DNA of 64,000 nt. Source: a virus. The stretch is taken from positions 1 through 64,000 of the IMG/VR virus record IMGVR_UViG_3300009082_000016. One strand, written 5' to 3'. Positions 18,701 through 26,233 of the stretch are shown here, in pieces. Under the pieces are notes generated by a model. The model had not been told where the DNA came from. It saw only the letters and a list, made by a program, of their open reading frames with translations, and made no database searches. The position numbers and the translations under genes were made by a program. Within the stretch, counting starts at the first letter, position 1. Every line of letters begins with the position of its first letter.

Positions 18701-18946
18701 GGCTGCATCGCGGAGGGTGAACCGACCGACCAGCGGTACGCCCCACGTCTCGTCGTTGAGCCGGGCGTTCAACTGGGAGTCCACGTCCCGCATGTCCGGC
18801 TCTTTCGAGTACCGAATGTCCTCGAGCTCGAGCACGTTCCGCTTCCCGATGATGGGGAAAACGCCTTTGACCGTCTCCACCAGGCGATTCCGGAGGTTTT
18901 CGAACATCCCACGCGGGTCAGCAGCGTACGGGGGCGGCTTCGCCAT
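12785..18946 (-). CDS. rpoBC: Single-chain multisubunit-type (two-barrel) DNA-directed RNA polymerase, beta-beta' fusion, 2053 aa
   Basis: Beta motifs: DTPEGQNVG, YEDAVVMSE, GDKVTTRHGIKG, YVLKQRHQVDRKMASR. Beta' motifs: VIPPTMRP, RDPVLHKYGVQAF, catalytic GADFDGD (DFDGD at 14804-14818), bridge helix, trigger loop GQSIGE..QLMLKSKH. Confidence 0.95.
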   Translation of the reverse strand: MAKPPPYAADPRGMFENLRNRLVETVKGVFPIIGKRNVLELEDIRYSKEPDMRDVDSQLNARLNDETWGVPLVGRFTLRDAATGKVKSRGEVPLGTLPAVTAARGYIVDGKEYYVDHLWKGRPGVFTYPKARSVVSSIVTPERSLNIEFDAAQKAFKLKTGGSTVPLKPVLNAMGISNSVIARAWGDEIAKANDVTAKRAESAFGKLGRAFGKPGDALQVRDALSSLTMDPDTTKITLGKSYRQVTPELLLQASKRALSVSRGNSEPDDRDSLKFKNLIGIDDHLAFSVKKFGQYKTRSLKNAVDRHDRVDLAVRGNMFHWPIRGFFTGSPLSQLGEQTNPVDMIRSSMRSTILGEAGSAYALEHSEAKAVNPSHVAFIDPLDTPEGQNVGVNLQLAMGLMKDGTTPRTTLYNTRTKKYENVDPTVFETSVVAMPDQYRKEGKKWVPVNKKVRVSGIGNKFVRVDPEKVEYIVTNPGLLLGMGTALVPFVQNTNPGRVEMASRHMSQAIPLTTREAPLVQVAVDSSSRESMEEMVGRETLPLSPVTGKVTSIKNGEVRIRSTSGKMHTVPLYQNYPLTGKRELIHEESLVKPGQMVRKNQMLADSNFTRGGVLALGTNLRTALIPIPGRTYEDAVVMSEGGAKKLTSEHLHKIDALPDEQEIVDPKKFQAYYPTAFTTDQYKMVDRSGIVKPGTIVKPGDPLVLGLRPIEHTNEALAMKRMHRSLAKPYQNAALTWDQDVAGEVIRVHHTPTGTVKVHVRTQEPLQIGDKVTTRHGIKGIVVDIRPDEEMPRTKDGPIELAINPHGVAARVAAGQVYELATAKMAKKIGTPIKVPNFVPGVDYGEVTRQSLDKLGVDEEDEVTDPTTGRMLGKAEVGYAYVLKQRHQVDRKMASRAGGPGFSYDVNRQPKGGHGGGAQALGGLGNMALLAHGSREILRESHTWKADADQADELWRAVQLGQPLPPPKLTFAHAKFEEYLKGLGVKLEKKGTRVKLIPTTDQQVLDSSHGELKRPGLMLRAEDLKPEDGGLFDPQVTGGIMGEHPANITLAESLPNPFFERGVLALTGLKQKDLHGVIAGTVGLTKDGKLVDRKDPNALTGGEAVKSVLSAIDVKKEIKELRDRIPNLEGQQLDQTVRKYRYLTALKQTGMSPTEAYMSQQVYVIPPTMRPMSVLPSGALVRDSLNELYKGVGVMNERLKDMDPDTPESRRGKTRFALYKSLGSLAGVMDPVKTTQGVEQRGFVDVIAGSGSPKWSWVQSKLLKSKQDLAARSTIIPDPDLTIDELGIPLPVAKNIYRPFVVRELTRMGNGALQAQEMVKKDDPLALRALERVMEDRPVLMKRDPVLHKYGVQAFKAQLVGGRAIKIPPLIAESMGADFDGDAVSLYVPVSGKAVGEARKMFPSESLLNPATGKPMFTPRNEMSVGLFRLSQFGKETDRSFGSVKAAVNAVSAGKLGMTDVVSVGGKKTTAGRLLVWQSLPGIARKPNLLFDPEFELTKDNTEKLLTEVAKKDKKAYVQTAQSLMGLGNAAVYDELFSLSSKDLKTDKPLRDRYMKEGEKKAREALATDAPDREEKAIQAWAEAGKGMLAEHAKNAKASGNRLYLMSRSGVKPSSSQFQEMTMAPVLMTDSKGNPVLEPVTRSYGEGLDTTGYWLASIGARTGIVQTKTAVQDPGYINKQMVNTVGNSLVVSNQLPDEGIAMDTDHPDVVDRYLVEPVKTAKFTLKRGTLLDSELIDRLKNARIRKVIVASPLTSPHGEGISSKAFGLMPDGHLPQMGENLGVMAGQSIGERMAQLMLKSKHGAGVYTGGTGMKAGSPAMVRVKQLLQIPEEISNPATLASADGKITRIKEDPAGGFDVTITTGRGSDIDHYVPGNRKLVGDLKVGSQVRKGKPITDGNVDLRELLDIGGIDQVRNQIVTEMDGIFKPFGIRRRNLELLARGVTNTGVIADPGDAPDLVKGQYITLSKANELNHTDLKGRKPIKVNPVLMGIKTAPLANTEDWLAKMNHERLRDTLVEAALQGNESDVSGYNPFSAMAYNERFGQGISGKPGAY

Positions 18947-18953
18947 GAGCCAG

Positions 18954-18983
18954 AGCGTACACCGAACCTGCATCTGCAGTCCA
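18954..18983 (-). promoter_or_regulatory. Promoter TGGACT-N18-TACGCT, leaderless RNAP transcript
   Basis: -10 ends 7 nt before ATG 18946; no SD. Confidence 0.7.
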
Positions 18984-19019
18984 CAGCGCAAGAACCGGTA
19001 CCGGCACCGTCATAAGAGA

Positions 19020-19112
19020 GATGCTGACCGTAGGACCCCGCTTTCCTGCGCGACGCACCACGGGGGGTTTCCCCCGACTCCGCCGTGGGATTCCACGGGC
19101 ACTCCGTGCATC
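19020..19112 (+). other. Multi-stem structured RNA leader or small ncRNA candidate
   Basis: Stems CGTAGGA/TCCTGCG, CGGGGG/CCCCCG, CCGTGG/CCACGG, closed by GATGC/GCATC; directly after GTCATAAG. Confidence 0.45.
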
Positions 19113-19119
19113 AGGAGGC

Positions 19120-19188
19120 ATGAAGAACAATCCCACGCGGCGAGCCGGTGAAGGAATCATCTGGCTCATCCGCATCCTCTTCGGCTGA
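19120..19188 (+). CDS. 22-aa peptide MKNNPTRRAGEGIIWLIRILFG
   Basis: AGGAGG lies only 1 nt before the ATG; TGATG overlap with the next ORF. Confidence 0.4.
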   Translation: MKNNPTRRAGEGIIWLIRILFG

Positions 19189-19367
19189 TGCCCTGGCTGT
19201 GGCTGGCGAAGACCATCGCCCTAGTAGGAGCCGAACTGATCGGTGAAGGTGTCACCGATCTCCTGCTGGACGAGGTCAAACCCAGGCCTGCAAGACTTCC
19301 ACGGCCCGCGCCGGAAACGACGCAGGCACGCCTCGCTCGGGGCTCCCGATACCAGCGCAAGCGGTAA
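19188..19367 (+). CDS. 59-aa protein with hydrophobic N-terminus and basic tail
   Basis: MPWLWLAKTIALVGAELIGEG...RYQRKR; translationally coupled; fills the gap before the convergent portal gene. Confidence 0.45.
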   Translation: MPWLWLAKTIALVGAELIGEGVTDLLLDEVKPRPARLPRPAPETTQARLARGSRYQRKR

Positions 19368-19390
19368 GGGAGCCCCGGGCGGAACCCCCT

Positions 19391-21262
19391 CTAGATCATC
19401 GCGGTGTTGGGGCCGGCTCGAGGCGGACGCTGCTCGGGCATGGCCCGGGCGCCCGGGGCGGATCCCGAAGGAGCGGGGACCAGCGTCTTCATGACCTGGG
19501 CGTACAGCTCCGGCTGGGAGGCCTGGAGCTGGGTGAGTGCCATGCTTTTTTGTTCCTGTGGCATGGCGGAGATCTGCTCGGCCAGCTTCCGCGGAACGAC
19601 GCGGGCGTCGAGCCCCTGCAAGGCACCCGTGTAGGGGTTCTTGGGGCTGGGGGCTTCGATGCCCTGCGGGCCACCGACGGCACCGGGGATGCGGACCTGC
19701 GAACCAACGCCCAGAGCCTGCTGGACCTGGCCCTGGATCATCTGCGCCTTCGCTTGGTACTCGGCCTGGACCAGCATCGTCTCACCCTGCACGCGGGCCG
19801 ACGCCTTCCCCTGCTCGGCCATCGTCGTCAGATTCTCCTTGCGCTCCTGGGCGACAAGTTCCTGCTCGCGGGCCGGGTTGTAGTCCATGCCCGCCAGCAT
19901 GGTCTCGCGGGAGATGGCGCCCATCTGGTTCAGGTTCATCGACATCGACTGGCGCTGGATGTCGTCAGCCATCTTGAACGGCTTCACGTGCCAGTCGGGG
20001 ATCTCCCAGTGGAGATACTTCGCCGACGTCTTGCACACCCACTTGAGCAGCAGCTTCCGCTGCTCGATGAAGCGGAGAAAACTGTTCTCCAACATCCGAA
20101 GCGCGATGGACGAACCGGACCAAGCCACGTCGCCGAACACCAACGACGGCGGATAGCCCATGCCGACGATGATCTGTTCGGACATCACCCGGATCTCCTG
20201 CGACAGCAGGAGCGCCCGGCCTTCGCCGCCGACCATCTGGTGGCCGACCGGGAACGGGAGGATCGGCGTGTAGAGCGGGTCGTAGCGGAACTTGCGGAGC
20301 TCCAGCTCCAGCATGTTGCGCCACTCGGACAGGTTGACGTTCATCACCGGGTCCTGCATCGGCCCGCCGGCCTGCGGGAAGAAGATGCGGAGCGGGATGA
20401 TCGTCCCGAGCGACAGGGCCTCCTGCGCCTTCTTGAGAATCTGGAGGTAGAAGACGTCCTTGAGCACGGGCAGGATGACCGGCGACCCGAGGCCCTGCTC
20501 GCGGGTCGAGCAGGTGGTGCGCTTCAGGTAGAACAGGTTCTCGGGGTTGAGCCGGATGGAGCGGCCGAGCCGGACGGCCTCGAGCAGCTCCTGGGCGCAG
20601 TTGGCGACGACGTGCTTCTTCCCCGAGACGATGTCGGCGCGGAGGTCGGGCGGCGGGTTGTAGACGTAGTCCACCTTGCCCGATTCCTCGTGGTAGTGGA
20701 CGTCGATGTCGATCGGGTTCCGGCGCATGAGCCGGATGCCCTCGACGGCCCCGACGTAGCGATCCCGTGCCCGGGCCTTCCCGCTTTGACCGCACTTCGG
20801 GCACTTCAGCAGGAAGCGGTCGACCGCGTACCGCCACCACTTCTTGTTCGTCTCCGCGTCGACCTCGTGGTTGCAGTGCATGCAGGTCAGCAGCTTCCGG
20901 AACGGGAAGCTGAAGGTGATGATGCACGCGCCGAAGACGTGGTAGTCGAGTGCCGCCCCGATCTCGAACGACTTGTACTGCAGCCGGTCGAAGAGGTAGT
21001 CCTCCCACTTCAGGCGGATGTCGTCGTTCGGCGACTCGATCACGACGTCCGTGATCGGGTACTCGGACAGCTTCGTGCAGATGGCGTTGATCAGGGGGTT
21101 GGTACGGAAGTAGAAGTCGCACCAGCGGTACAGCGACTTGACGGACCGGGGGATGTACGTCGACGCAACATCGAAGAACGGCGACGGGTATGCGATCCCG
21201 CGCTCCGCGTTGAAGATCGGGTTCTTCGACGCAAGGGGTTGGAACTCGGACGGCGTCGACAT
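19391..21262 (-). CDS. Portal protein with an inserted C4 Zn-ribbon
   Basis: YRWCDFYFRTNPLINAIC, DYHVFG, GSPVILPVLKD, IIVGMGYPPSLVFG..WSGSSIALRMLE, Gln-rich tail; CMHC...CPKC insert. Confidence 0.75.
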   Translation of the reverse strand: MSTPSEFQPLASKNPIFNAERGIAYPSPFFDVASTYIPRSVKSLYRWCDFYFRTNPLINAICTKLSEYPITDVVIESPNDDIRLKWEDYLFDRLQYKSFEIGAALDYHVFGACIITFSFPFRKLLTCMHCNHEVDAETNKKWWRYAVDRFLLKCPKCGQSGKARARDRYVGAVEGIRLMRRNPIDIDVHYHEESGKVDYVYNPPPDLRADIVSGKKHVVANCAQELLEAVRLGRSIRLNPENLFYLKRTTCSTREQGLGSPVILPVLKDVFYLQILKKAQEALSLGTIIPLRIFFPQAGGPMQDPVMNVNLSEWRNMLELELRKFRYDPLYTPILPFPVGHQMVGGEGRALLLSQEIRVMSEQIIVGMGYPPSLVFGDVAWSGSSIALRMLENSFLRFIEQRKLLLKWVCKTSAKYLHWEIPDWHVKPFKMADDIQRQSMSMNLNQMGAISRETMLAGMDYNPAREQELVAQERKENLTTMAEQGKASARVQGETMLVQAEYQAKAQMIQGQVQQALGVGSQVRIPGAVGGPQGIEAPSPKNPYTGALQGLDARVVPRKLAEQISAMPQEQKSMALTQLQASQPELYAQVMKTLVPAPSGSAPGARAMPEQRPPRAGPNTAMI

Positions 21263-21272
21263 CGACTACCCC

Positions 21273-21977
21273 CTAACCCTGGCCCTGGTACTCCGGGTAC
21301 TCCGAGTACTCCGGGGGCAACGGGGCCGGAGGCCGAGCCATCAGCCGTCCCGGCAGACCACCCACGGCACCGCCGCCGACGAACCCGGCGATGCTGGGGA
21401 CCAGGCCAAGCGGGGCGCCGGCGAGCCACGTCAGATTCGAGCCGAGCTCGGATCCGAAGTGGTGAAGCCTGGACTTGTACGGTGAGCCGGGCCGACCGTA
21501 TTCCGATTCCGGCGTTCGCGTCACGTCCCGTGCCCCGGTGTAGCCGAAGTACCCGAAGAGGCCCTTGTGGACCGGGCTCATCGACTTCCAGCTCTGGGAA
21601 ACCACCTTCCCCGGTTCCCTGACGAACGCCTGCGCCATGCCGGGAATCGTTCCGCCCGTGGTCGTCGCCCACTCCAGTTCGGCCTTCGCCCTGTTCAGAG
21701 CTTTCAAGGCCCGCGCCTCGGCCGGCGTTCCCCTGACCTTGGCCAGCGCGGCCTCGGCTTCCTGGAGGCCCTTGACTGCTCCGTGCTGCCCCGCACCGAT
21801 GCGCTTCAGGATCTCCGTCTGCTCAGCGGCCGACCGTCGGGCCATTCCCGGGAGCCAGCCTGTCGTTCCGTGGATGGAGCGAGCGAACCAAGGCAGGAAC
21901 TTTCCCTTCGCCGCCATCGCGGCCTGCAGGAAGTCGGCCTGCTTCATCATCGGCCTCGGGATCGGGGGATAGATCAT
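21273..21977 (-). CDS. Gly-rich Cys-free putative ejection/internal protein
   Basis: MMKQADF leader; Gly-rich hydrophobic C-terminal helix; PEY repeats at the end. Confidence 0.7.
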   Translation of the reverse strand: MIYPPIPRPMMKQADFLQAAMAAKGKFLPWFARSIHGTTGWLPGMARRSAAEQTEILKRIGAGQHGAVKGLQEAEAALAKVRGTPAEARALKALNRAKAELEWATTTGGTIPGMAQAFVREPGKVVSQSWKSMSPVHKGLFGYFGYTGARDVTRTPESEYGRPGSPYKSRLHHFGSELGSNLTWLAGAPLGLVPSIAGFVGGGAVGGLPGRLMARPPAPLPPEYSEYPEYQGQG

Positions 21978-23032
21978 ACCGTCCTCACTCCCGGGATCAT
22001 GCTGGGCATCTGAGGCATCGCAGGCATCTGCATGGGCATCGACGGGGGCGGCATGTTGATCGTGACCGGAGCCTGGGATGCCTGCGGAGGCGGAGGCGGC
22101 AACTGCTGCTGGCCGCCGCCCATGAACCGGCTGCTGATCGCCGGCGCCGCGAAGCTCGCGGCCAGGCCAGGAATGACACCCGCCCTGAATGCAGGCAGCG
22201 GGGCCAGGATGTTGAAAGCCGCCGTCAGCGGGTCCTGCTCACCGCGCAGCACGGCGGGCGCCTGCATGGCCGCCGAGATGTACGTGGGGTACCGGATCCA
22301 CTTGTCAGCCCACAGCGCCTTCATTCCGCCGGGCTGGAAGACGCTCTTGTACGAGTCGATGAGCCCCATCTTCCCGCCCTTCGCCGCCGTTCCGGCAGCC
22401 GCGCCGCCCGCGGCCGTAGGAGAAGGTGGAAGACCCTTGTGGGCTCCGGGAAAGTTGACCGGATGGGGTTCCAACGCCGCAGGGGCCCGCACCGGGATCT
22501 TGGCAGGCGGGAGCTGCCGTGCGGCCGATGCCGGAAGGGTGGGAATCCGCCGCGACGCCGCGTTCGCCATCCACCGCTCCCAGTTTGCAGCCCGCAGCGG
22601 AGCGGAACGGACCATGGCGGAACCACCCCTCTGGAGCGCCCCCCCGAGGCGCGGAAGGAACGTACCCGCCCGGCGCCCGAGAAACCCTCCAAGGCGGGCG
22701 ACAAGCGCCCCCAACCCGGCCCATTGCGCTTCCTTGAGCATGGCGTCGATGCCTGCCTGATGGGTGGGGATGGGCCCCGGCTTCCTTTGGGCGGCCGCGA
22801 ACTTGATCACGTACGCCACGTCGATAGGCTTGTAGGCCGCGACCTTCGGCTTCTTCCGCTGTTCCACCTTGCGGAAGTCCTCATGGGTCTTGTGCTGCCC
22901 CCACGCGGTCGTCACCGGATTGGCGACGGGACGAAGTTCGGCCCGGAGGAGACGGGTGATGTCTTCGGCGATCACGGACGAGGCGCCCGCTCTTTTTTGC
23001 CACCGCGGTCCCGCCGGAATCATCAACGCCAC
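21974..23032 (-). CDS. Gly/Pro-rich Cys-free putative ejection/internal protein
   Basis: QKRAG, IKFAA, LKEAQWAGLGALVARLGGFLG amphipathic helix; Pro/Met tail. Confidence 0.7.
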   Translation of the reverse strand: MALMIPAGPRWQKRAGASSVIAEDITRLLRAELRPVANPVTTAWGQHKTHEDFRKVEQRKKPKVAAYKPIDVAYVIKFAAAQRKPGPIPTHQAGIDAMLKEAQWAGLGALVARLGGFLGRRAGTFLPRLGGALQRGGSAMVRSAPLRAANWERWMANAASRRIPTLPASAARQLPPAKIPVRAPAALEPHPVNFPGAHKGLPPSPTAAGGAAAGTAAKGGKMGLIDSYKSVFQPGGMKALWADKWIRYPTYISAAMQAPAVLRGEQDPLTAAFNILAPLPAFRAGVIPGLAASFAAPAISSRFMGGGQQQLPPPPPQASQAPVTINMPPPSMPMQMPAMPQMPSMIPGVRTV

Positions 23033-23766
23033 AGTCCCAACTCCCGGACCTGATTCTCCGCCAACTCCCGCCGGCTGTCCAGATAGTCACGGGCGACCAG
23101 CAGCTTCGCGAGATGAACTCCAACCAGATCTTCGTCGAGGTCAACCGTCCCTGACGGCTTGTCCTTCACCAGGTCCCACATCGGGCGGATGAAGTCGGGG
23201 TCGACGTACTTGGGCTTCTTCTCCAGGAACTCGGGTGGGGCACCACACCAGTCGCATTCCGGGGTGCTCTCGTCGGGATCGACGTTGCCGCACTTCGTAC
23301 AGCGGTACTCGACCCGCGCCGCTTCCTTCTGCGCGAAATCGAGCGGGGGCGGAAGGTAGACGACGCCCTCGCTGAGGGCGCAGGCGGCAATCCAACGCCG
23401 GACTTCGTCGCTGTACTCCGTCTTCGGGCAGATCTGTTCGGCGGCCCAGACCGCATGGAACAACTGCGGCACCGTCGCCGGGCGACAGATTTCGAAGTTG
23501 GGGAGGTTGTTGTTGACCGCCTGGCAGCAGAGCTGAAACACCTCCCAACGGTCGAAGAACCAGGTGCTACCCAACATCGTCCGGACGGCCTGGATCTTCG
23601 CCCGGGTATGCGCCGACGGCTGGATGCCCGCACGGGCCAGCGTGATCCAAAGCGTCTCCGGCTCCCAGTTGACCCATTCCTTCCCGTAGCGGTTGGAGAG
23701 GCTGAGCGTCAACGCGATCGGGTGCGCGTCCGGGCGGGTGTAGAAGATGCTCTCCAAGTTCGGCAC
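23023..23766 (-). CDS. Hypothetical protein with C4 Zn-ribbon
   Basis: CTKC...CDWC; leaderless GTG start. Confidence 0.75.
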   Translation of the reverse strand: MPNLESIFYTRPDAHPIALTLSLSNRYGKEWVNWEPETLWITLARAGIQPSAHTRAKIQAVRTMLGSTWFFDRWEVFQLCCQAVNNNLPNFEICRPATVPQLFHAVWAAEQICPKTEYSDEVRRWIAACALSEGVVYLPPPLDFAQKEAARVEYRCTKCGNVDPDESTPECDWCGAPPEFLEKKPKYVDPDFIRPMWDLVKDKPSGTVDLDEDLVGVHLAKLLVARDYLDSRRELAENQVRELGLWR

Positions 23767-23772
23767 ATGGGC

Positions 23773-23802
23773 ATACTACGCCGAGGCGGGGCGGAACGTC
23801 CA
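23773..23802 (-). promoter_or_regulatory. Promoter TGGACG-N18-TAGTAT (leaderless)
   Basis: -10 ends 6 nt before GTG 23766. Confidence 0.7.
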
Positions 23803-23824
23803 GAGGTGAAGACGAAGGGGGGGA

Positions 23825-24889
23825 CTACGCGGCGGTGAGCACCGGGATCGAGCCGTGGTCGATGAGGCCGTAGAGCAGGCGCACGTTGGCGAGCACCGGC
23901 TGGCGGACGCTGGAGGCCGCCACGATGTTCACCTTCACGTACGTCGCCGCGATCTCGACCACCTCGGCCTGGAACGTGTCGACGAACACGACCGTGCCCT
24001 GGTCCTCGCCGAGCTCGACGACCTTGAGGTTCGTCTCCGCGAAGTTGCCGGCGCCGCCCGCGGTCGCCATCGCACGGACGTGCTCCTTCGCGACGCCGTC
24101 GGCGTTGACCGCCGTGACGACCTCGGCGCACGTCGTGGTGGCGGCCTTGTACTTGATGATGCACTTCTTGCGGGTGGCCGTGATGGTCGGCGTCGCGACC
24201 GCGTTGCCGGTCTGGAACTCGAGCTGGTACTTCGCCGCCGCGGCGCCCGGCTTCGTCGCCTTGAACAGGATGCCGGTGTTGGCCTCCCAGGTCGACGAGA
24301 CGTAGCCGCCCCAGGAGAGGCCCGTGCCGCCGACGAGGTAGCCCGACGGGCCGGCCAGCGCGAAGGCGTCCGGGATCGCCGTGGCGTCGGTGGACGTGAT
24401 GGCGATCAGCTGGCTGATCTTCCGGTCCGCCGCCACCAGGGTCTGCAGGTCCGCCGGCACGGTCGCGCCGTCGTTGTCGATCTTGATCGTGATCACGTTG
24501 CCGTCGCTGGTGACCGCATCGGCCGGGTCGGACGCGAAGACGATCTTGATCCGGTTGCCGAGCTCCCCCGGCTTCACCGCGGTGATGATCAGCTGCTTGC
24601 CGACCGAGTACGTCCAGCGGTAGGCCGCCTTCTCGTAGCCGTCGAGCAGGGCGGGCACGTACAGCTTCGCTCCCGCCGCGCCCACCTTCACGCTCAGCGG
24701 GCCGACGAGGTCCGTGCAGAGCAGCTTCGGCAGGTTGCCCTGCTCGATCCCGAACGCCACGTCGTCGAGCGACGCGCGGAGGTCACGCAGCTCGGCGCCG
24801 ACGCCCGCGTCCGAGCGGGTCAGCCAGTACGCCCGCGTCGGGTGACGCGCCATCCGCTTCGCCAGGGCCAGGTCACGATTGATTCCCAT
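23825..24889 (-). CDS. Structural protein with two sheath-insertion-like repeats
   Basis: LIITAVKPGELGNRIKIVF and ILFKATKPGAAAAKYQLEF repeats; strongly GC3-biased codons; GGAGG SD. Confidence 0.65.
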   Translation of the reverse strand: MGINRDLALAKRMARHPTRAYWLTRSDAGVGAELRDLRASLDDVAFGIEQGNLPKLLCTDLVGPLSVKVGAAGAKLYVPALLDGYEKAAYRWTYSVGKQLIITAVKPGELGNRIKIVFASDPADAVTSDGNVITIKIDNDGATVPADLQTLVAADRKISQLIAITSTDATAIPDAFALAGPSGYLVGGTGLSWGGYVSSTWEANTGILFKATKPGAAAAKYQLEFQTGNAVATPTITATRKKCIIKYKAATTTCAEVVTAVNADGVAKEHVRAMATAGGAGNFAETNLKVVELGEDQGTVVFVDTFQAEVVEIAATYVKVNIVAASSVRQPVLANVRLLYGLIDHGSIPVLTAA

Positions 24890-24917
24890 GTCGAACCTCC
24901 TCGCCGCTCCCGCGGCC

Positions 24918-24941
24918 AAAACCCACGCATCCCGCGTGGGG
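24918..24941 (-). terminator. Intrinsic terminator
   Basis: CCCACGC-GGGAT-GCGTGGG followed by TTTT just after the stop of 24948..26153. Confidence 0.55.
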
Positions 24942-24947
24942 TGAGTA

Positions 24948-26153
24948 CTACTGGTTCATCTGGGGGTGGTTCACGCCGGGCGAGTCCAGGTCATGCGCCA
25001 TCCGCCCCATGACTTCCTTCTCCGGGGTGGGCAGGTGGTTGAAGAAGCCGATCGGGTCGTCCCGGAACAGCTCCGCGAACTCGGGGCCGAACCGGGCATC
25101 GACGTGCTTGCTACGGCGGGCCAGCCTCACGAGGTCGGTCCCTGAAACTCTCCAGGTTCCGAAGTCATAAGAGTATTCCGCCGGGCTCTTGCTTTCTTCC
25201 TGGGCCGTCTTCTCGAAGACGACGTCCTGCGGATTCGGGAGATGCGTCTCCCAGAAGTCGGCCCCGCCGTAGCGGGCATCGAGCTGGGCCACGACTTCCA
25301 TCATCACCTGGGGGTGGAGCGAGGCGGCCTTGTCCATCAGGCCGCGGTACATCTGGCCGGCTTCGGTGTCCCGACCGTAGAACGTCGAACGGGCGAACAG
25401 GTGGCTCCGGATCGCCTCGACCGACGCTACCTTCCGCATCGCCTCCTCAGCGACCTTCTGCATGGACGGGATGCCGATTTCGCTGCAGCGGTTGAAGATG
25501 TTGGTGGCCATCATCCGCCGGGTGATCGGGTCGAACTCGGCAGCGTACTTGTCGAAGTAGCGGTTGGCCTCGACGACGTCATCGTACGCGTCGAGCGGGT
25601 ACTTCTGCCGCACGGGATCCGCGAAGCGCAGAGACCCCTGCTTCACGGTCCGCCCTTTGCGCTGCTGGCAGGCAGCGATCTCCGACCGCTGCTTGTCGGT
25701 CAACGGGTGTGCCTTGCGCCAGAGGGCGACCCCCAGGCCTTGCCCACCCTGCCTCCGAGCGCCGAGACGGAGTCCGGCACCGGGGCCGTACTTCGCGCCG
25801 GGACCCTGCCCACGGCCGGGCCCCAGACCCCGACCGGCCGCCTGCTTCTGCCGCATGTACGCAGCGAAAAGTCCGACCTTCTCCGGCCCCTCCGTCGCCT
25901 TGCTGGTGAGGTTGTCCCCCGCGGCCGGGTCGCCTTCCTCTTCCGTCGCCGTGGTCGGCTGGGTCTCCTGGATGAGCTCCCTCACGGGGGATTCCTCGTC
26001 GGAGGGCGGGAGCGTGGAGGGCGCTTCCTGCGCCTTCTTGATCGCCATGAGACCCCTCGACTTGTCGAGTCCCTTCTGGATCGACGCCTTCGACTGGTGC
26101 GAGAACGGCATCAGGTTGGTGCCGGTGAGATCCGCCTGCTTCGGCCTGCTCAT
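24948..26153 (-). CDS. Head-cluster protein with DUF6582-like domain and many K-x-A motifs
   Basis: FADPVRQKYPLDAYDDVVEANRYF; PKQAD, QKQAA, RKVAS, DKAAS, EKTAQ. Confidence 0.7.
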   Translation of the reverse strand: MSRPKQADLTGTNLMPFSHQSKASIQKGLDKSRGLMAIKKAQEAPSTLPPSDEESPVRELIQETQPTTATEEEGDPAAGDNLTSKATEGPEKVGLFAAYMRQKQAAGRGLGPGRGQGPGAKYGPGAGLRLGARRQGGQGLGVALWRKAHPLTDKQRSEIAACQQRKGRTVKQGSLRFADPVRQKYPLDAYDDVVEANRYFDKYAAEFDPITRRMMATNIFNRCSEIGIPSMQKVAEEAMRKVASVEAIRSHLFARSTFYGRDTEAGQMYRGLMDKAASLHPQVMMEVVAQLDARYGGADFWETHLPNPQDVVFEKTAQEESKSPAEYSYDFGTWRVSGTDLVRLARRSKHVDARFGPEFAELFRDDPIGFFNHLPTPEKEVMGRMAHDLDSPGVNHPQMNQ

Positions 26154-26160
26154 GGTGTTC

Positions 26161-26190
26161 AGGGTATTCCAGACCCCCGAGGGGTGTCAA
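26161..26190 (-). promoter_or_regulatory. Promoter TTGACA-N18-TACCCT (leaderless)
   Basis: -10 ends 7 nt before ATG 26153. Confidence 0.8.
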
Positions 26191-26233
26191 GCCGATGGCC
26201 TGTTGAAATCGGGGCCCAACCCCGATAGAGAGG

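Noticed and set aside
12785-18946. Host chromosomal rpoB-rpoC locus (for example a Helicobacter/Wolbachia-type fusion)
   Set aside because: Heavily trimmed and divergent, Zn sites lost, no ribosomal-protein neighbours, flanked by portal and spike genes
18947-18991. N-terminal extension MRCGLQMQVRCTLWL of the RNAP in the ORF track
   Set aside because: It overlaps the predicted -35/-10 promoter; ATG 18946 fits the leaderless pattern seen at other genes
12776-19015. 2079-aa plus-strand ORF, and similar long ORFs at 8284-10377, 19550-21622, 52701-55796, 55781-59149 and 59828-63355
   Set aside because: Antisense shadows of GC3-biased real genes; no recognisable motifs, while the opposite strand has clear domains and SD or promoter signals
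19020-19112. tRNA gene
   Set aside because: Cloverleaf-like, but no T-loop GTTC consensus, no 7-nt anticodon loop and no CCA end
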